Assembly: GCF_000315625.1 (NCBI RefSeq)
Contig: NW_005434517.1
Coordinates: 58,785-122,784 of the forward strand
DNA: 64,000 nucleotides
DNA from: Guillardia theta CCMP2712
Lineage: Eukaryota; Protista; Cryptophyta
Direction: 5' to 3'
Below the pieces are notes generated by a model, which did no database searches, was not told the DNA's origin, and was given only the letters and a program-made list of their open reading frames with translations. Of this stretch, positions 1-11,639 are shown piece by piece. The stretch's first letter is position 1, and every line of letters begins with the position of its first letter. The position numbers and the translations under genes are program-made.

Positions 1-529
1 CCGAGAGCTCCTTTGACGGACGTGAGCTGAAGGAAACTTCAGAATCATCCTCTGAACCCCAGCTGGACGCAAACTTACGACGAGGTCGTTGCAACCCGCA
101 AACGTCTTTGCGATTGCTCGAGCCTGAGGGGCAGCAGGTTGAGGATGAGGAAAGAGAGACAGGGGGGAGGAGGAAGTGGAGATGGTGGGAGAAGGGGAAG
201 AGGAGGGAGAGTGAGACAGAAAGACAGAGGGAGGGAGAGAGGGAGCAGGAGAGATGTGGAGAATGGGGAAGGAGAAGAGATAAGGATGAAAGAAAAGACA
301 TCAGAGAAGGGGAAGGAAAAGAGACAGAGAGCACAAAGGGAAGAGAAAGAAATGAAGGAGGTTGAGGAAGGAGGAGGAGAGAATAAGAGGAATGGCGGGA
401 GAGAGCAGATAAGGCGACAAAGGAGTTCAAAACCTCGCAAGCGTCTCCTACGGGGGTGGAGGTGGCATGGCAGTTGATGTGGCCGACCTGTCAGTGGAGA
501 TTAAGAGGATGCAGAAGCTGCGCTGTCAG
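1..529 (+). CDS. Partial multi-exon gene of unknown function (probable exons ~1-137 and ~409-529)
   Basis: Non-repetitive stretches bounded by CAG|GT donors and AG acceptors, separated by GA-rich intron-like sequence; no recognisable motif. Confidence 0.25.
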
Positions 530-1794
530 GTGAGGAGAGCAGAGGAGGAGGAAGAGGAGAAGAGAGTAGAGGACAGTTGTAAGGGTCAGGCGAGGAGGAG
601 AGGAGGAAGCAGGAGGCAGGGAGGAAGGAAGAAAGAGAGGAAGAGGAGAAATAGAACGCAGGAGAGGATGAGAAAGAAAAGAGGGGATGGAAAGGGGAGC
701 AGGAGAAGACTTCACCTGTTGAGGGCTAACACCGCCCATGTCCATGGCAGCCTGAAGAGAAGAGGAAGTAACGGGAGGAACAGAATGAAAAGATGAGGGA
801 GATCTGTCATGGGAGGAGGAGATGGAAAGGGAGAGAACTTGACGAGAACACACAAAAGAGGGAGAAGGAGAAAGCAGGAGAGGCGAGCAGGAGAGGCGAG
901 CAGGAGAGGCGAGCAGGAGAGGAGAAGAGGAGAGGAGAAGAGGTTAAGGGCTGTGACAACAAGTCAGGGCAAGAACCTTCATGACCCTGGCAGCTCCTTC
1001 GCCATCTGATTGAAATCATTACGAAACCCACGAGACTGTCAAGTTACCTTCGGGAGGAGAAGTGATATGATAGGCGTCGCCTCCAGAGCCCCAACCCCGA
1101 ATCTTTTGAAAGCTCGGTCATGCTTTCTTCCTCTAGCTTCTTCTCTCTCCTCCTCTCTAACTCATCCTCCTCCTCTATCTCCTCCTCTTCTTTCCTCTCT
1201 AACTCATCCTCCTCCTCTATCTTCTCTTCTTCTCCTTGCCATTGCCATATCACTTAAACTTCCCTCACCTCGGCATAAATCCTTGCTCCCCGGCTGTAAA
1301 AATTCAAACGAGTCAGCAGGAGGTAATGACAGGAGCAGATGGGAGGACGGAAAACATCCTCTGATGAAGAGCCAGTGAACCAGCCATGGATGCGATGTGC
1401 TTAGGAGCAGCAGAGGAGGAGGTAAGAGAAGAAGCACGCGGGGAAGGCGCAGGGAAAGGAAGCAAGAGGAGGAGGAGGAGGGACAGGCACCTTCTCGCCA
1501 TCTCCAGCTCCTCAAGCACCAGCACGGCACTTCCCTCCCCCATCACAAAACCGCATCTGCTCTCCTCCCTCAGCCTCGTCCGCCAACGTCTCCCTCACCT
1601 CCTCGCGTCGAAGGGTCTAGAGGCAGAGCTCCTGCGCCATCGTCATCCCGTTGCTCCCAGCAGGTCTCAACCTCACGGGTCCTCGTTGAACTCGCATGCC
1701 AGGGACTTTGCGCGCGAGAAACCGGCGACGGCAAGAGGCTCCATGCAAGATTCCGTTCCTCCTGCACCAACAGCACGCCGTCATGACCGCCAAA

Positions 1795-2037
1795 CCTGCA
1801 CCACCACTACCTCAACCACATCCACTACCTCCACTACCTCCACTACCTCAACCACATCCACTACCTCCACTACCTTCACTACCTCCAGCTCTTCCCCTCC
1901 TCCACCACCACCACCACCACCACCACCTCCTCCTCCTCCTCCTCCTCCTCCTCCTCCTCCTCCTCCACCACCACCACCACCACCTCCTCCTCCTCCTCCT
2001 CCTCCTCCTCCTCCTCCTCCTCCTCCTCCTCCTCCTC
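1795..2037. repeat. (CCA/CCT/ACT)n compound microsatellite
   Basis: Direct reading; it accounts for the poly-T/S/P run in ORF 1386-2270. Confidence 0.9.
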
Positions 2038-2315
2038 CGGCTTTATCACCCTTTCCTCTCCCCCCCTTCTATTTCATCCTCCTCCCAGGTTCTGCCAATT
2101 CACCCTCCTCAAATTCACTTCGCATTCTATCGCTGCCGCCTTCTCCCTGTTCTCTTTTCTTCACCTTGGGAACGAAGAATGGCGAGAGCTTGCGAGGGCT
2201 GGTTGTGACTAACTATGAATATACGTCAAGGGGAAGAACCCAGTCACCAAATCCAACGTCATCTCAATAATCTACAGCACAACACTTTGATCATCACTTT
2301 TTTCATCATCATCCT

Positions 2316-2349
<34 letters not shown>

Positions 2350-3945
2350 TAGGCATCTACCCTCATACCTTTCCAGCTTCCACGATCTCCCCTAGAGCTC
2401 CAATACCGCTGCCAACACACACCGCAATCTTGGGTAACATGCTCTCTCCCCAGATGTCTTTCGGCTGCTCCATCCTATCAGTTGACAACTCCTCCGCTCC
2501 ATCCCAACCTGCACAAACTGCCTGCTCCCCTCCTTTGCTGCGTCTCGCAGCGCCTCGTCAGCCTGACATGTCTCAGCTGCCGAGCTCGATGACTCGCTGC
2601 TGCTCACCGCTAGGATCGCAAGCTGAACGAAAGGAGCGTTGCGAGAGGCAGGATAGTCCGGCAGGGCTGCAGCACCAGCGCATGAGCTCACATACCCTGA
2701 CCGAGGCATCAAGTGGAGTTGGACCTGAAGGGTTGAGCTCGTGTGGTAGCTCTCCTCGTGGTACCGCAGCAGCAACCTGCAAGACAAGTAAACAGAAGAT
2801 ATCAACTGAATGGATGTCCTCCTCCTCCCCCAGATCTTCGCTCACTCCCTCCCTCCCTCTCGCACTCGCTCGCTCACTCACTCACCTTGCAAGGTAAGTT
2901 GGCATACGCTTCCCCTGTGGACATGTCAGGAGCAGCTTGCAGTATGGCTGGTAACCTTCCAGCCTTCTGACTGCGCTCGTTCCTGAAGTGATTCCTTCCC
3001 AGCTGCCAGTAAGACTCAGGAGTCCACAACGGGGAGAAGAAGAGAAGAACAAGATGAGAGAATAAGAAGCGAAGGGAAGGGACGACACGACACGACACGA
3101 CACGAGAGGCAAGGAGAGGAGAGGAGGCGAGGCGAGGCGAGGCGAGACGACACGACACCAGAGGGGAGGAGAGGAGAGGAGAGGGGAGGGGTGGAGACGA
3201 GACGAGACGACAGCAGCAGCTGAGGATAAGTGGCAACATGGGGATTGACAAATATTCATAGCATGGCATACTCCAGAGATAGAAAATGCACACTCAATCG
3301 TTTCAGTCTGACAACCTGATCTTCGTTCCAACACCGAAGGGAGTTACCATCCCTATCCCAGTCACCACAACCCTCCTTGATGTCCATCAGAGTCACTTGA
3401 AGCATGTAGCCTCTCCTAGTTCAACAACCTTCGTTGCCGAAAAGGAGGAGGAGAAGTAATACTGAGAGAGGAACTGGTGTAGCGTTCAGAAGGTCAGTAC
3501 TCCCATCCTCTCCCTCAGCGCGCTCTTCTTACAAGCTCCTTGTTGCAGTGCATATGACACGGCGACAGTTTGAAGAGATCATGATTGAATCGGGGAAATG
3601 GCAACAACCTGTCCTCAAACAAGATTACTTTCATGCGCTCTACCAACTCTATACAAAGCGTCCTCCTCACCCTTCTCTCCTCGTGCCTGCCCTCTGCCCC
3701 CCTTCTTCCTCTTGTGCTCAATCAGATCTTCTCCCTCCGCCATTCCTGCTCTTCTCCTCCCCTCCTTCATTTTGCGTCCCCCCTCCACCCCCCTCTTCAC
3801 TCCCTCCCTTCCCCCTCGTACTGCCAGCATTTCCCTCTTTGTTGCGCCCGCTGGTGACAAGGTACTTGTGGGGTGGGTACTTTTGTATGCGAGGCAGGGG
3901 TAGACAACCGGTCAGGATCATGGTTTGATTTATGGGCGCAGTCGG

Positions 3946-5755
3946 AGATGGCGGGGGAGGGAGAGGAGGAGGAGGAGGATGAGGGAGGGAGGGAAGAGAC
4001 AAGATGGCAAGAGACCGATCGCTGGCTGTCCAAGCGCATGGCGAGCCTTGAAGAGACGAGAGGAGACGACGACAAGGTGTTGCTGAAGGCAACCAATGGG
4101 GTCGGGACAGGTCAGTCGATCGAAAGTGTCGGTCTGACAACATGCTGCATGTCGATAATCTTTGCGTTGAAATTTCTTTGCGTTGAAGTTTTGTTCGTAG
4201 AAGCTCCTCCAAGAGCTGGGCGAAGCATGGATTGTTTACGTCATTCAGGCTCAAATCCTCGCCATGTCGTTGACAGGGAGGATCGGTATTGGGGAAAGCG
4301 TTGGCGGGGAAGGCTGGATGGGAAGGGAGGAAATAAGAGCAAGGCTGCTCAGAGGAGCCTCTAGCTCCCCAATACCTCGAGAGTGCTTCATGTGCGGATC
4401 AGAAAAGGTGAGCCAAGGCTGCCGTGCCAGTCCCGAAGAGCTCACGGTCAACAGCTCCATGCAGGGATGGCGCAGCAGGGGGGGCTGTGGAGAGCGTTCC
4501 TGTGTGCGGACTGCTACCCGCACATGGTGATTTCATCATGGCAAGGAGTGTTTCGAGAGCTCGGCGAGGACAATGGGCTAGAAGTCCTCCTGCTCCGAGG
4601 CAGATGTCAGCTCGTACGCCTCTGCTAACTCAGTATGGCCAGTAACGCCCCGGCAGTGCTGTACTCGCGGTGGGTTCCGAGCTCAGGGAGGACAGGAAGC
4701 CAAGAGGCGCATCTTTTGTGCCGTCCACAAGTCACGGGGTATGATGGGCGGGCGTGAGAGAGGAGGAGGAGGTTTGAGCAAGGAAGCAGATGCTATGGAC
4801 TACCGCAACCCCCGATGCTCCTCCTCCGGCTGTCAGGTGCCCCCACCAAGCTCCTCGCTCTCCTCCTTGTCAACTGAGACCGTGTGCTCCAGCGCGTGGC
4901 TTCCTGGGGCAGGTGGCAGGGGAGGAGGGAACGATGCCGTCTGCACAAGTAGCGCCCATAGCCCGATAGTCGTGCTGCTCTAATGGCTTTCTAGAATTGA
5001 CAAGGACGTTTACCTTCGCACTTACAACAAGTCGGATCCTCGTTCATGTACCCCCGCCTCCTCCTCCCTCCTTTCCTACCTGCTCACCAGCTGTGCAGAT
5101 CCGAGGTGTAATGCAGTTGGAGGATGCAACAAGACGGCCTCGTGGGGCGACATCGACGGGGGGGGCCTGCGGACGGACAAGCCCAAGTACTGCAGCCTGC
5201 ATAAGAGAGAAGGACAGATGTGAGTCTTGACAAGAGCGCGTGTCAAAGTCTCCTCACGCTATCACAGTGACATAAGACACGGACTCTGTCAAAATCCTTC
5301 GGGATGTACCACTCAGCCTGTCTTCGGGTGCCCCTCGGAGGTCCTCCTGGCTCTCTCCTCCCTCCTTCCTCGCTTTCCCTCCTCCCTCCTCCCTCCTCCC
5401 TCCTCCCTCCCTCCTGTCCTGCCTGCTTTGCTCGCTTGCTATTCCCGCCTCTCTTCTCCTCTCTTCCCTGCTTCACCCTCGCATGCCTCCCTCCATTCAT
5501 CCATCGTTCTCCATCCAGCTGCCCTGTCTCGTTTCGCATCTTTCTAGCCTTTCCCTCTTCATAGTTGTCTCCACATTCCCTCCCGCCATCACTCTGTCTA
5601 GCCTTTCCCTCTTCATAGTTGTCTCCACATTCCCTCCCGCCATCATCTCGAACGCAACCATGTCACGTTTGACCCTCCAGTGCCTGCAGAGAATCCGTCG
5701 GTTCTGCAAGAAACACAGGCGAGCAGGCGATGTGAACCTGATGCGTCCGAAATGA
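3946..5755 (+). CDS. Multi-exon protein with tandem EsV-1-7-like Cys/His repeats
   Basis: Manually spliced exons give ...RRIFCAVHKSRGMMD, RNPRCSSSGC...RCRLHK, PRCNAVGGCNKTASWG...KYCSLHKREG and GLCQNPSGCTTQPVFG...RFCKKHRRAGDVNLMRPK*, i.e. C-x4/5-C...C-x2-H; 5' end uncertain. Confidence 0.65.
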
Positions 5756-5853
5756 GAAAAAGACCTCAAGAGGTTTTCAAAGGTGCAATGTAATTTGAAT
5801 TCAGAATTTACAGTTAAGGGATGTTAAGTTTCTTGTGTCTGCTGCCCAAGGGA

Positions 5854-7633
5854 TCATGTTTTGTGCTTGTCTTCAGCATGGTCATGAGGGAGAAAGTGAT
5901 TCCTCATCAGCTCCTCAAACTCATGGTAATCGATCATCCCGTTCTTGTCCAGGTCCGCCAGCTCCATCATCGAGTCGATCTCCTCATCGCTCACCCCGAT
6001 CTGAAGTTTCTGCAAGGCATGGTGGAGCTCCAAAGAGCTGATGTGCCCCGTACGTGCCTGGTCGAAGTAGTTGAACGTGTCCCTGAGATTCTTCGATAGC
6101 GCCTCGCTCCTGGCGCTGGGGGAGGGCCATGGCGGGCCCATCATAATGCAGAACTCGTCAAACTCGACTGAGCCTGTCTTATCGATGTCGAACTTCTTGA
6201 TCATGTCTTCGACCACCTCGTCCGAGAGGTTCGCTCCCAGGCCCTTGAAGGCGGACTGGATGTCCCGGATGTTGATGTGGCCGGTCTTAGTGTGGTCCAG
6301 GGTGTTGAACGCCTCCCGTAGCTCCTCTAGCCACTCTGGATCCGACTTGACCTGGTGCAGGATGTTCTGCTGCAGGGCCCTGTCAGGAGGAGGGGAGGCC
6401 AGCGGGCGGACGAGGTGGTTGAGGGCGCTGACGGTGATGAAAGCTCCTTTGAGCTTCCTGGCAACATTCCAGATCTTGAGCTGCTTCTGCGTCTCTGCCA
6501 GGGTGACGCTGGAGAGTTGGCCCTTGAGGTACTTGGTAAGCCAAGGATGAGCCAAGCATTCGGTAGGGGTGTATCGCTGGTATCTGTTCACTTGCATCAT
6601 GTGCTGAACCAGGTCCTGCCAAGGCCATCACAAGCTTTCAGGTCAGAACACAGGACGTGGAGATGAACGAGGAAAGTGTTGGGATTTCTCTAGACTCGCG
6701 GTGCATGAACAACACGGATAAACAGATGCGGAGTGAAGGCAAGTGGGATGATGCTGCAGCAGCAGCAGGCAAACAGTGAAGAGCTAAAGCAGTGAAGAGC
6801 TCAACAATTCGTCACCTTTGCCTCTGTAGAGATCTTCTTCCAGTAGGCGTCAGGGAAACCATAGTTTCCCTTCACTATCCTCCTGACAAGGACCTGCAGA
6901 GGAACTCCTTGACCAAAAGGGGGACAACCGCACAGCAGAATGTACAAGATGACCCCAGCGCTCCACACATCACACTCAAGGCCGTAGCCCCCAGCAGTGT
7001 GATCAGCAGAAATGACTTCTGGCGCAAGGTAGGACGGAGTTCCGCACACTGTCTTCATGATCGCGCCATTTTCAAGGTCGACGATTGCGCCCAATCCGAA
7101 GTCAGCGATCTTGACCGGAGAGTCAGGGCTCTTGGAGGCATACAGGATATTCTCTGGCAGAGGGTTCAGCTCCTTTGCGGTTTCGCTGCACAAGAGTGAT
7201 CGGCCCTCACCTGGTTTCAAGTCTCGGTGCGCAATACCGATGCTGTGAAGGTACTCGACCGCCCCGATGATCTGGTAGAAGCAATGAGCTGCTTCTGCTT
7301 CACTGTAGTGATCTTTCTCCACGATCCTGTCGAAGAGCTCCCCGCCGCTGACGTATTCCATCACTATGTAGATCTTGTTGTTGGATTCAAACATTTCATG
7401 GAATTCAATGCATTGGGGTGCTTGACTTTCCTCATGATGTCGATTTCTTTCCCGATATTCTCGTAGTCTTTCTTGCAGCACATCTTATTCAGAACCTTGA
7501 CTGCAACGATATCACCCGTTTTCTTCTTCTTGGCTCGCTTCACCTTTGCGAATTTTCCTTCCCCGATTGTTTCATAGATATCATAATCTTGCTTTATCTT
7601 TTCCCGCAAGAACCACAAGGACCAGAACCCCAT
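5854..7633 (-). CDS. Calcium-dependent/CaMK-like Ser/Thr kinase with four C-terminal EF-hands; apparent 1-nt frameshift near 7411
   Basis: IGEGKFAKV, VAVK, GGELFDRI, HRDLKP|ENIL, DFG, CGTPSYLAPE and DVWSAGVI motifs; EF loops DHTKTGHINIRD, DIDKTGSVEFDE, DQARTGHISSLE and DLDKNGMIDYHE; introns at ~7156-7210 and ~6616-6815. Confidence 0.9.
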
Positions 7634-8469
7634 GGTCTTAGAGCTATGTGCCTGTTAAACTTCCTCAAAGTCTGATCTTGTACTTCTCTATTTCCCTTTA
7701 AAAGACAAGTCTGCCGAATTCTGCCTGCCAAATTCAGCAAAGTCAGCAAAGAGCACAGCGCCCAATTTAGCAACAGAGGGGAAGCAAAGACGAGACGAAG
7801 AGGATGGTAACAATGTATGGCATGGTTATCATCATTTCTTTTCAAGATTGTAGTAACAGCAGATTCAATAACCATTCTTCTTATCTCCAAGCTAAAAGTA
7901 CCACCAGTGGATCTGATCAGAACTGCTTAGCATCTACAATCTCATTCAAGTAATGTTTGTAGATCTCTCAAACATTTCTGTGATATTTGTACAAGATAAG
8001 AAACTTTCCATAGCATCACACACCTTCTCTTCCTCGCAAACATGCGCGTGCCTCATGATCTCTCTCCTCGCTCCAATCGTCTTCCCTTCTCTACCCGGCC
8101 GCCCCCTTGCATTTTTCTCACCAGAAGTAAAAAGATGACTTTTAAAAGGAGGCTAGGGGGAGTGGTAGGGTACTCGAACAAAATCGAATGACCACCGAAG
8201 AAGACTCAGACTACCCGGTACTTTCCTAGTAAAATGATGGGGTCGAGTGTCCAGGTGTACGCTGCTCTGTGAACCAGGGTGGTCATGGCCCCCTATTTAC
8301 GATAACTATCTGCGACAGGGAGATGAGTAAACATTTGTACCTGGCTTCCCCTGAACAAATATAAAAGATATTTTAAACTGTACCAGAGAGCAAATGACGG
8401 GTGCATACTGGTACAGTATTTAAGAAGACATTATTGGTTCCAGTCCGGATCGGAGTTTCAAGATTACAC

Positions 8470-9540
8470 TAGGCCGGGCCGTGTGAGTCAACCGTGACTC
8501 GGTGCCGGCTTGGCGGCGGCGGCGGCCGGGCCCGGGCCCGGGCCGGCCTGCCCGCGGCTAGAGGCGGCGGCCTGAGCGGCCAGTGCCGCGCCGGCGTCAC
8601 TGCGTCACACGGGACTCCCCGTCGGGCCCGGGGCCCGCCGAGGCGGCAGCCTGCCCGGCCAGTGCGGCGGGCGGCGCGGCCTACTACCGTACCGTGACAT
8701 GATGGTCAGCGGCGGCCGCCGCACCCCCGGCGGCGGGGACGCTGAGCCTCGGAGCTCGGAGGCTTGAACGAAGGCACGGCGCAGTTCGCCCAGTCACTGG
8801 CTCAGCCGGACTCGGTGCAACTTGGCGCGGCAAGTCACGCCACAGTGACGGCGTCCGAGTCCGCTCCGAGCGGCTCACGGTATTCACTGAAGTAACTTCA
8901 ATCATTCTACTAGTCATCATCAGTGCCAGTGGTATGCGGCCGGGCCCGGCGGGCGGCTCCCGGGCCGAGCCTTGCGGAGTCCGGCAAGCCGCCCCGGCGG
9001 CGCTGACTGAGCTGACGGCGGCGTCCTAGTGAGCCGCGGCTCACTGACGCAGTCCGGAGTGCCGTGGCAGGCGGGCCGCCGGGCCGCCGGGCGGGCCCCG
9101 CCGCCGCGCGCGGCGGCCGTCGGAGAGCACGGTACGGTCCGTCCGGATCCGATTGAATACATCCTCGTACTGATCAGTTTTAACTTAAAAAAAAAAAGGG
9201 CCCAATTTTCAGCCTCAGTGCCTTGGCCTAACTTTACTCAACTTGGCCAGGAGAGTCACGGAGTCACGAGTCGAGGCCTGCACACAGTGGCGGGGGCCTA
9301 ACTTAAGTCAACCGTGAGCGGCGGCGTACGCCGCCGGCGTACGGTCACGGCAGTGCCATGATGCGCCGCAGTCGCGGCCGTTCAACGGTTCACGGTTGAC
9401 TTAAGTTAGTACCGGCGGCCGCCCGGGGCGGCCGCCGGTTCGGTGAGCGGCGGCCCGGCTTTCCGGACCGGCGTCACGCGGACGGTCGGGCAGCTTTCTA
9501 TCCGACTGGATAGAGTGCGGCATGCGCTCCGTAGCCGCGC
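8470..9540. promoter_or_regulatory. GC-rich, palindrome-dense intergenic island between divergent genes
   Basis: Very high GC with repeated CCGGGCCCGG, CCGTAC/GTACGG, TGAGTCA and AACTTAAGT words; lies between the kinase (-) and the 10.6-kb ORF (+). Confidence 0.45.
9298..9409. repeat. Perfect 20-bp inverted repeat enclosing an 18-bp palindrome (MITE-like or cruciform)
   Basis: CTAACTTAAGTCAACCGTGA (9298-9317) is the reverse complement of TCACGGTTGACTTAAGTTAG (9390-9409); CGGCGGCGTACGCCGCCG at 9319-9336. Confidence 0.9.
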
Positions 9541-10649
9541 AAGGTTCATGCCGCATCAGCTGCAGCTTTTAAAGGGAGCGATTCATGTTTGGTGTACCTC
9601 GAAATCAAGTCTTTTTGTATATCACTGAGCCAGCGATCACGACCTATCCACGGCATTCCAGCGGTCCAGCTCTAACACCATACCCCCACCCTCCATTTGC
9701 CGGAACTGCCAACGACTACCCTTACACCACTCTAAATAGTACCCACCCCTTTCTCAGCAATTTCTCTCTAATCAGGAAGTACCGGTCCAGTTCATTTACC
9801 TGCGCAGGCCTCCTGCAGGGGGGTTTCACCTGAGATCCCCAACCTCTACATCAACCACCCCACCCTCAACTTCCCTGGACCACCCCCTCTTTTCCCAGGT
9901 TTTGCTTCCCTCAACGTAAAAGGGGGGAAACAAGGTCCAGAGGTCACCCTACCACCTACCATGACCACCCCACCCCCATCGTGCGGACGCAAGCGTCCTA
10001 GCATCCCCACCCTTCAATTTCCAAAAGGGATATAGAAAAATCCACCCCCTGTGATCGATTTTGTACCTGCCCCTTTTGACTACCCCCTATATTCCAGCAA
10101 AATGACCACCCGACCCCTTCCTTCCCTTGTATGTGCTTCAAACCTCATCCAAATCTCCTCAATCCCACCTAGAAGGATAATTCTTCCCGCTCTACTCGTG
10201 TCCCCTGCCCTCCTTCGTTGCCCCTCCTTCTTTCATGTTCGTTCCATTCTCAACCTCTCAGGAGACCAGAGAAGCTAGAGAGAGGACAAGGACGTGGGAG
10301 ACCATGGAAAGAAGTAGTCATACACTCAGTTGAATCGATCAGAGCAAAGTTCTACAGTTGCGAGAAGTTTGAGTTGATATAATATTAGCTAATCTGACGT
10401 AGACAAGAGACCGAGTCGAATTGGTCAGTGCTGATGGGACTAAACGAATGAGCAAAAACGGCTGTTGTGGTTTTGTTGGCCACAACAACACATGTCGAAC
10501 CTAGCAAAGACTTCATTCTCAATGTGAACAAAAGTTGAAAAGTTTGAGGAGAAGCAATCATCCGCAGGATAGAGTACTCGACTGGATTAGATAATCAGAA
10601 GACCAGATCGAATGTCCATGTGGCTTCTTGCTCACCAGCTTCTTTTCAG

Positions 10650-11471
10650 ATGCAGAACAACAACAACAACAATTCAAATAGGCTGTCAAACTATTGGTAC
10701 ATCGAAGCAGGATGGAGGAACGGCATGGCGAACGCAAGGGACTTAGGGATGGAGTTCTACAGCCATGCGACGTCATCAAGCTTCATTGACGATCCTTTCT
10801 TGCCACCTGGCGCAAACATACGGATGCCGACACATCAAACAACTGCCCTCGACGCCTCCCGCTTGTTCCAGACAACTGACAGATTTGCGATGATCAGCAA
10901 CGACAAGAGCATGCAGAGTCAGATGAAGTTGCAAGCGAGCAACTTTTCTGGTGACATCTCGCTAGCTGGAGAAGGGCCTTCTGTCCTCAAGAGGTTCAAG
11001 CCTGATACTACTCCCCGTGCTCGCGGGGTCGACCAGGATCGGGTCTTGACGGACAGCAGTCGTTCGTCTCTGTCTGCCAGCTCTAGTTGTGTCTCGCCCA
11101 TCTCTTGTCCCAGCCTCTCCTCCATCATCACGAGCAATCGTTCCTCGTCCCCCCTCTGGTCCATGCCCTCAGGAACGGGGGAGCAGAAGCTGGAATCCGT
11201 CCATTCCTTCTCGGACGTGAACAATGACTTGGGTGTCGGCGTGAGCCACATACGGCAGCGGGAGGGAGCAGGTGTCTCGGACCCGTTCCAACCAGCCTCA
11301 AGCAAGGCAGGAGGGGAGGAGGTAGGCAAGGAGGGGAGCGATGCTCCGGCGGTTGACCCGGAGGTCGATGACTCGGATTTGACGATGGGGCCGGGAGATC
11401 CCTGGACCTTCAGTGCTTCTTCTTTCACATCTCGCACATCAGAAAACAAGAGGAGATATGAACCCTTCTAG
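10650..11471 (+). CDS. Ser-rich hypothetical protein (first ATG 10650; may have an upstream exon)
   Basis: ~270-codon open frame followed by an AT-rich 3' region; no domain recognised. Confidence 0.5.
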   Translation: MQNNNNNNSNRLSNYWYIEAGWRNGMANARDLGMEFYSHATSSSFIDDPFLPPGANIRMPTHQTTALDASRLFQTTDRFAMISNDKSMQSQMKLQASNFSGDISLAGEGPSVLKRFKPDTTPRARGVDQDRVLTDSSRSSLSASSSCVSPISCPSLSSIITSNRSSSPLWSMPSGTGEQKLESVHSFSDVNNDLGVGVSHIRQREGAGVSDPFQPASSKAGGEEVGKEGSDAPAVDPEVDDSDLTMGPGDPWTFSASSFTSRTSENKRRYEPF

Positions 11472-11639
11472 GAGCCTCGTGTACATCATTTCAGGAATAT
11501 TCATTATCTTGTATATACAGGTATAACATAGTTTCATCTCAATGTTGTAAGAAAATTCTTTGTAGTCTTGCTGAGTTTAGAAATGAATAAATGAGTCTTT
11601 CCGTCATGGGGATTTTGTCTTCTATCGCGTTTTGTTCAC

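Noticed and set aside
75-2270. Many overlapping low-complexity ORFs (poly-P, R/E/G-rich)
   Set aside because: They are artefacts of GA/CT-rich intronic simple repeats that lack stop codons.
8494-9301. R/A/G/P-rich ORFs in GC islands (also 13940-14696 and 29791-30199)
   Set aside because: They are open only because of extreme GC content and have no protein-like features.
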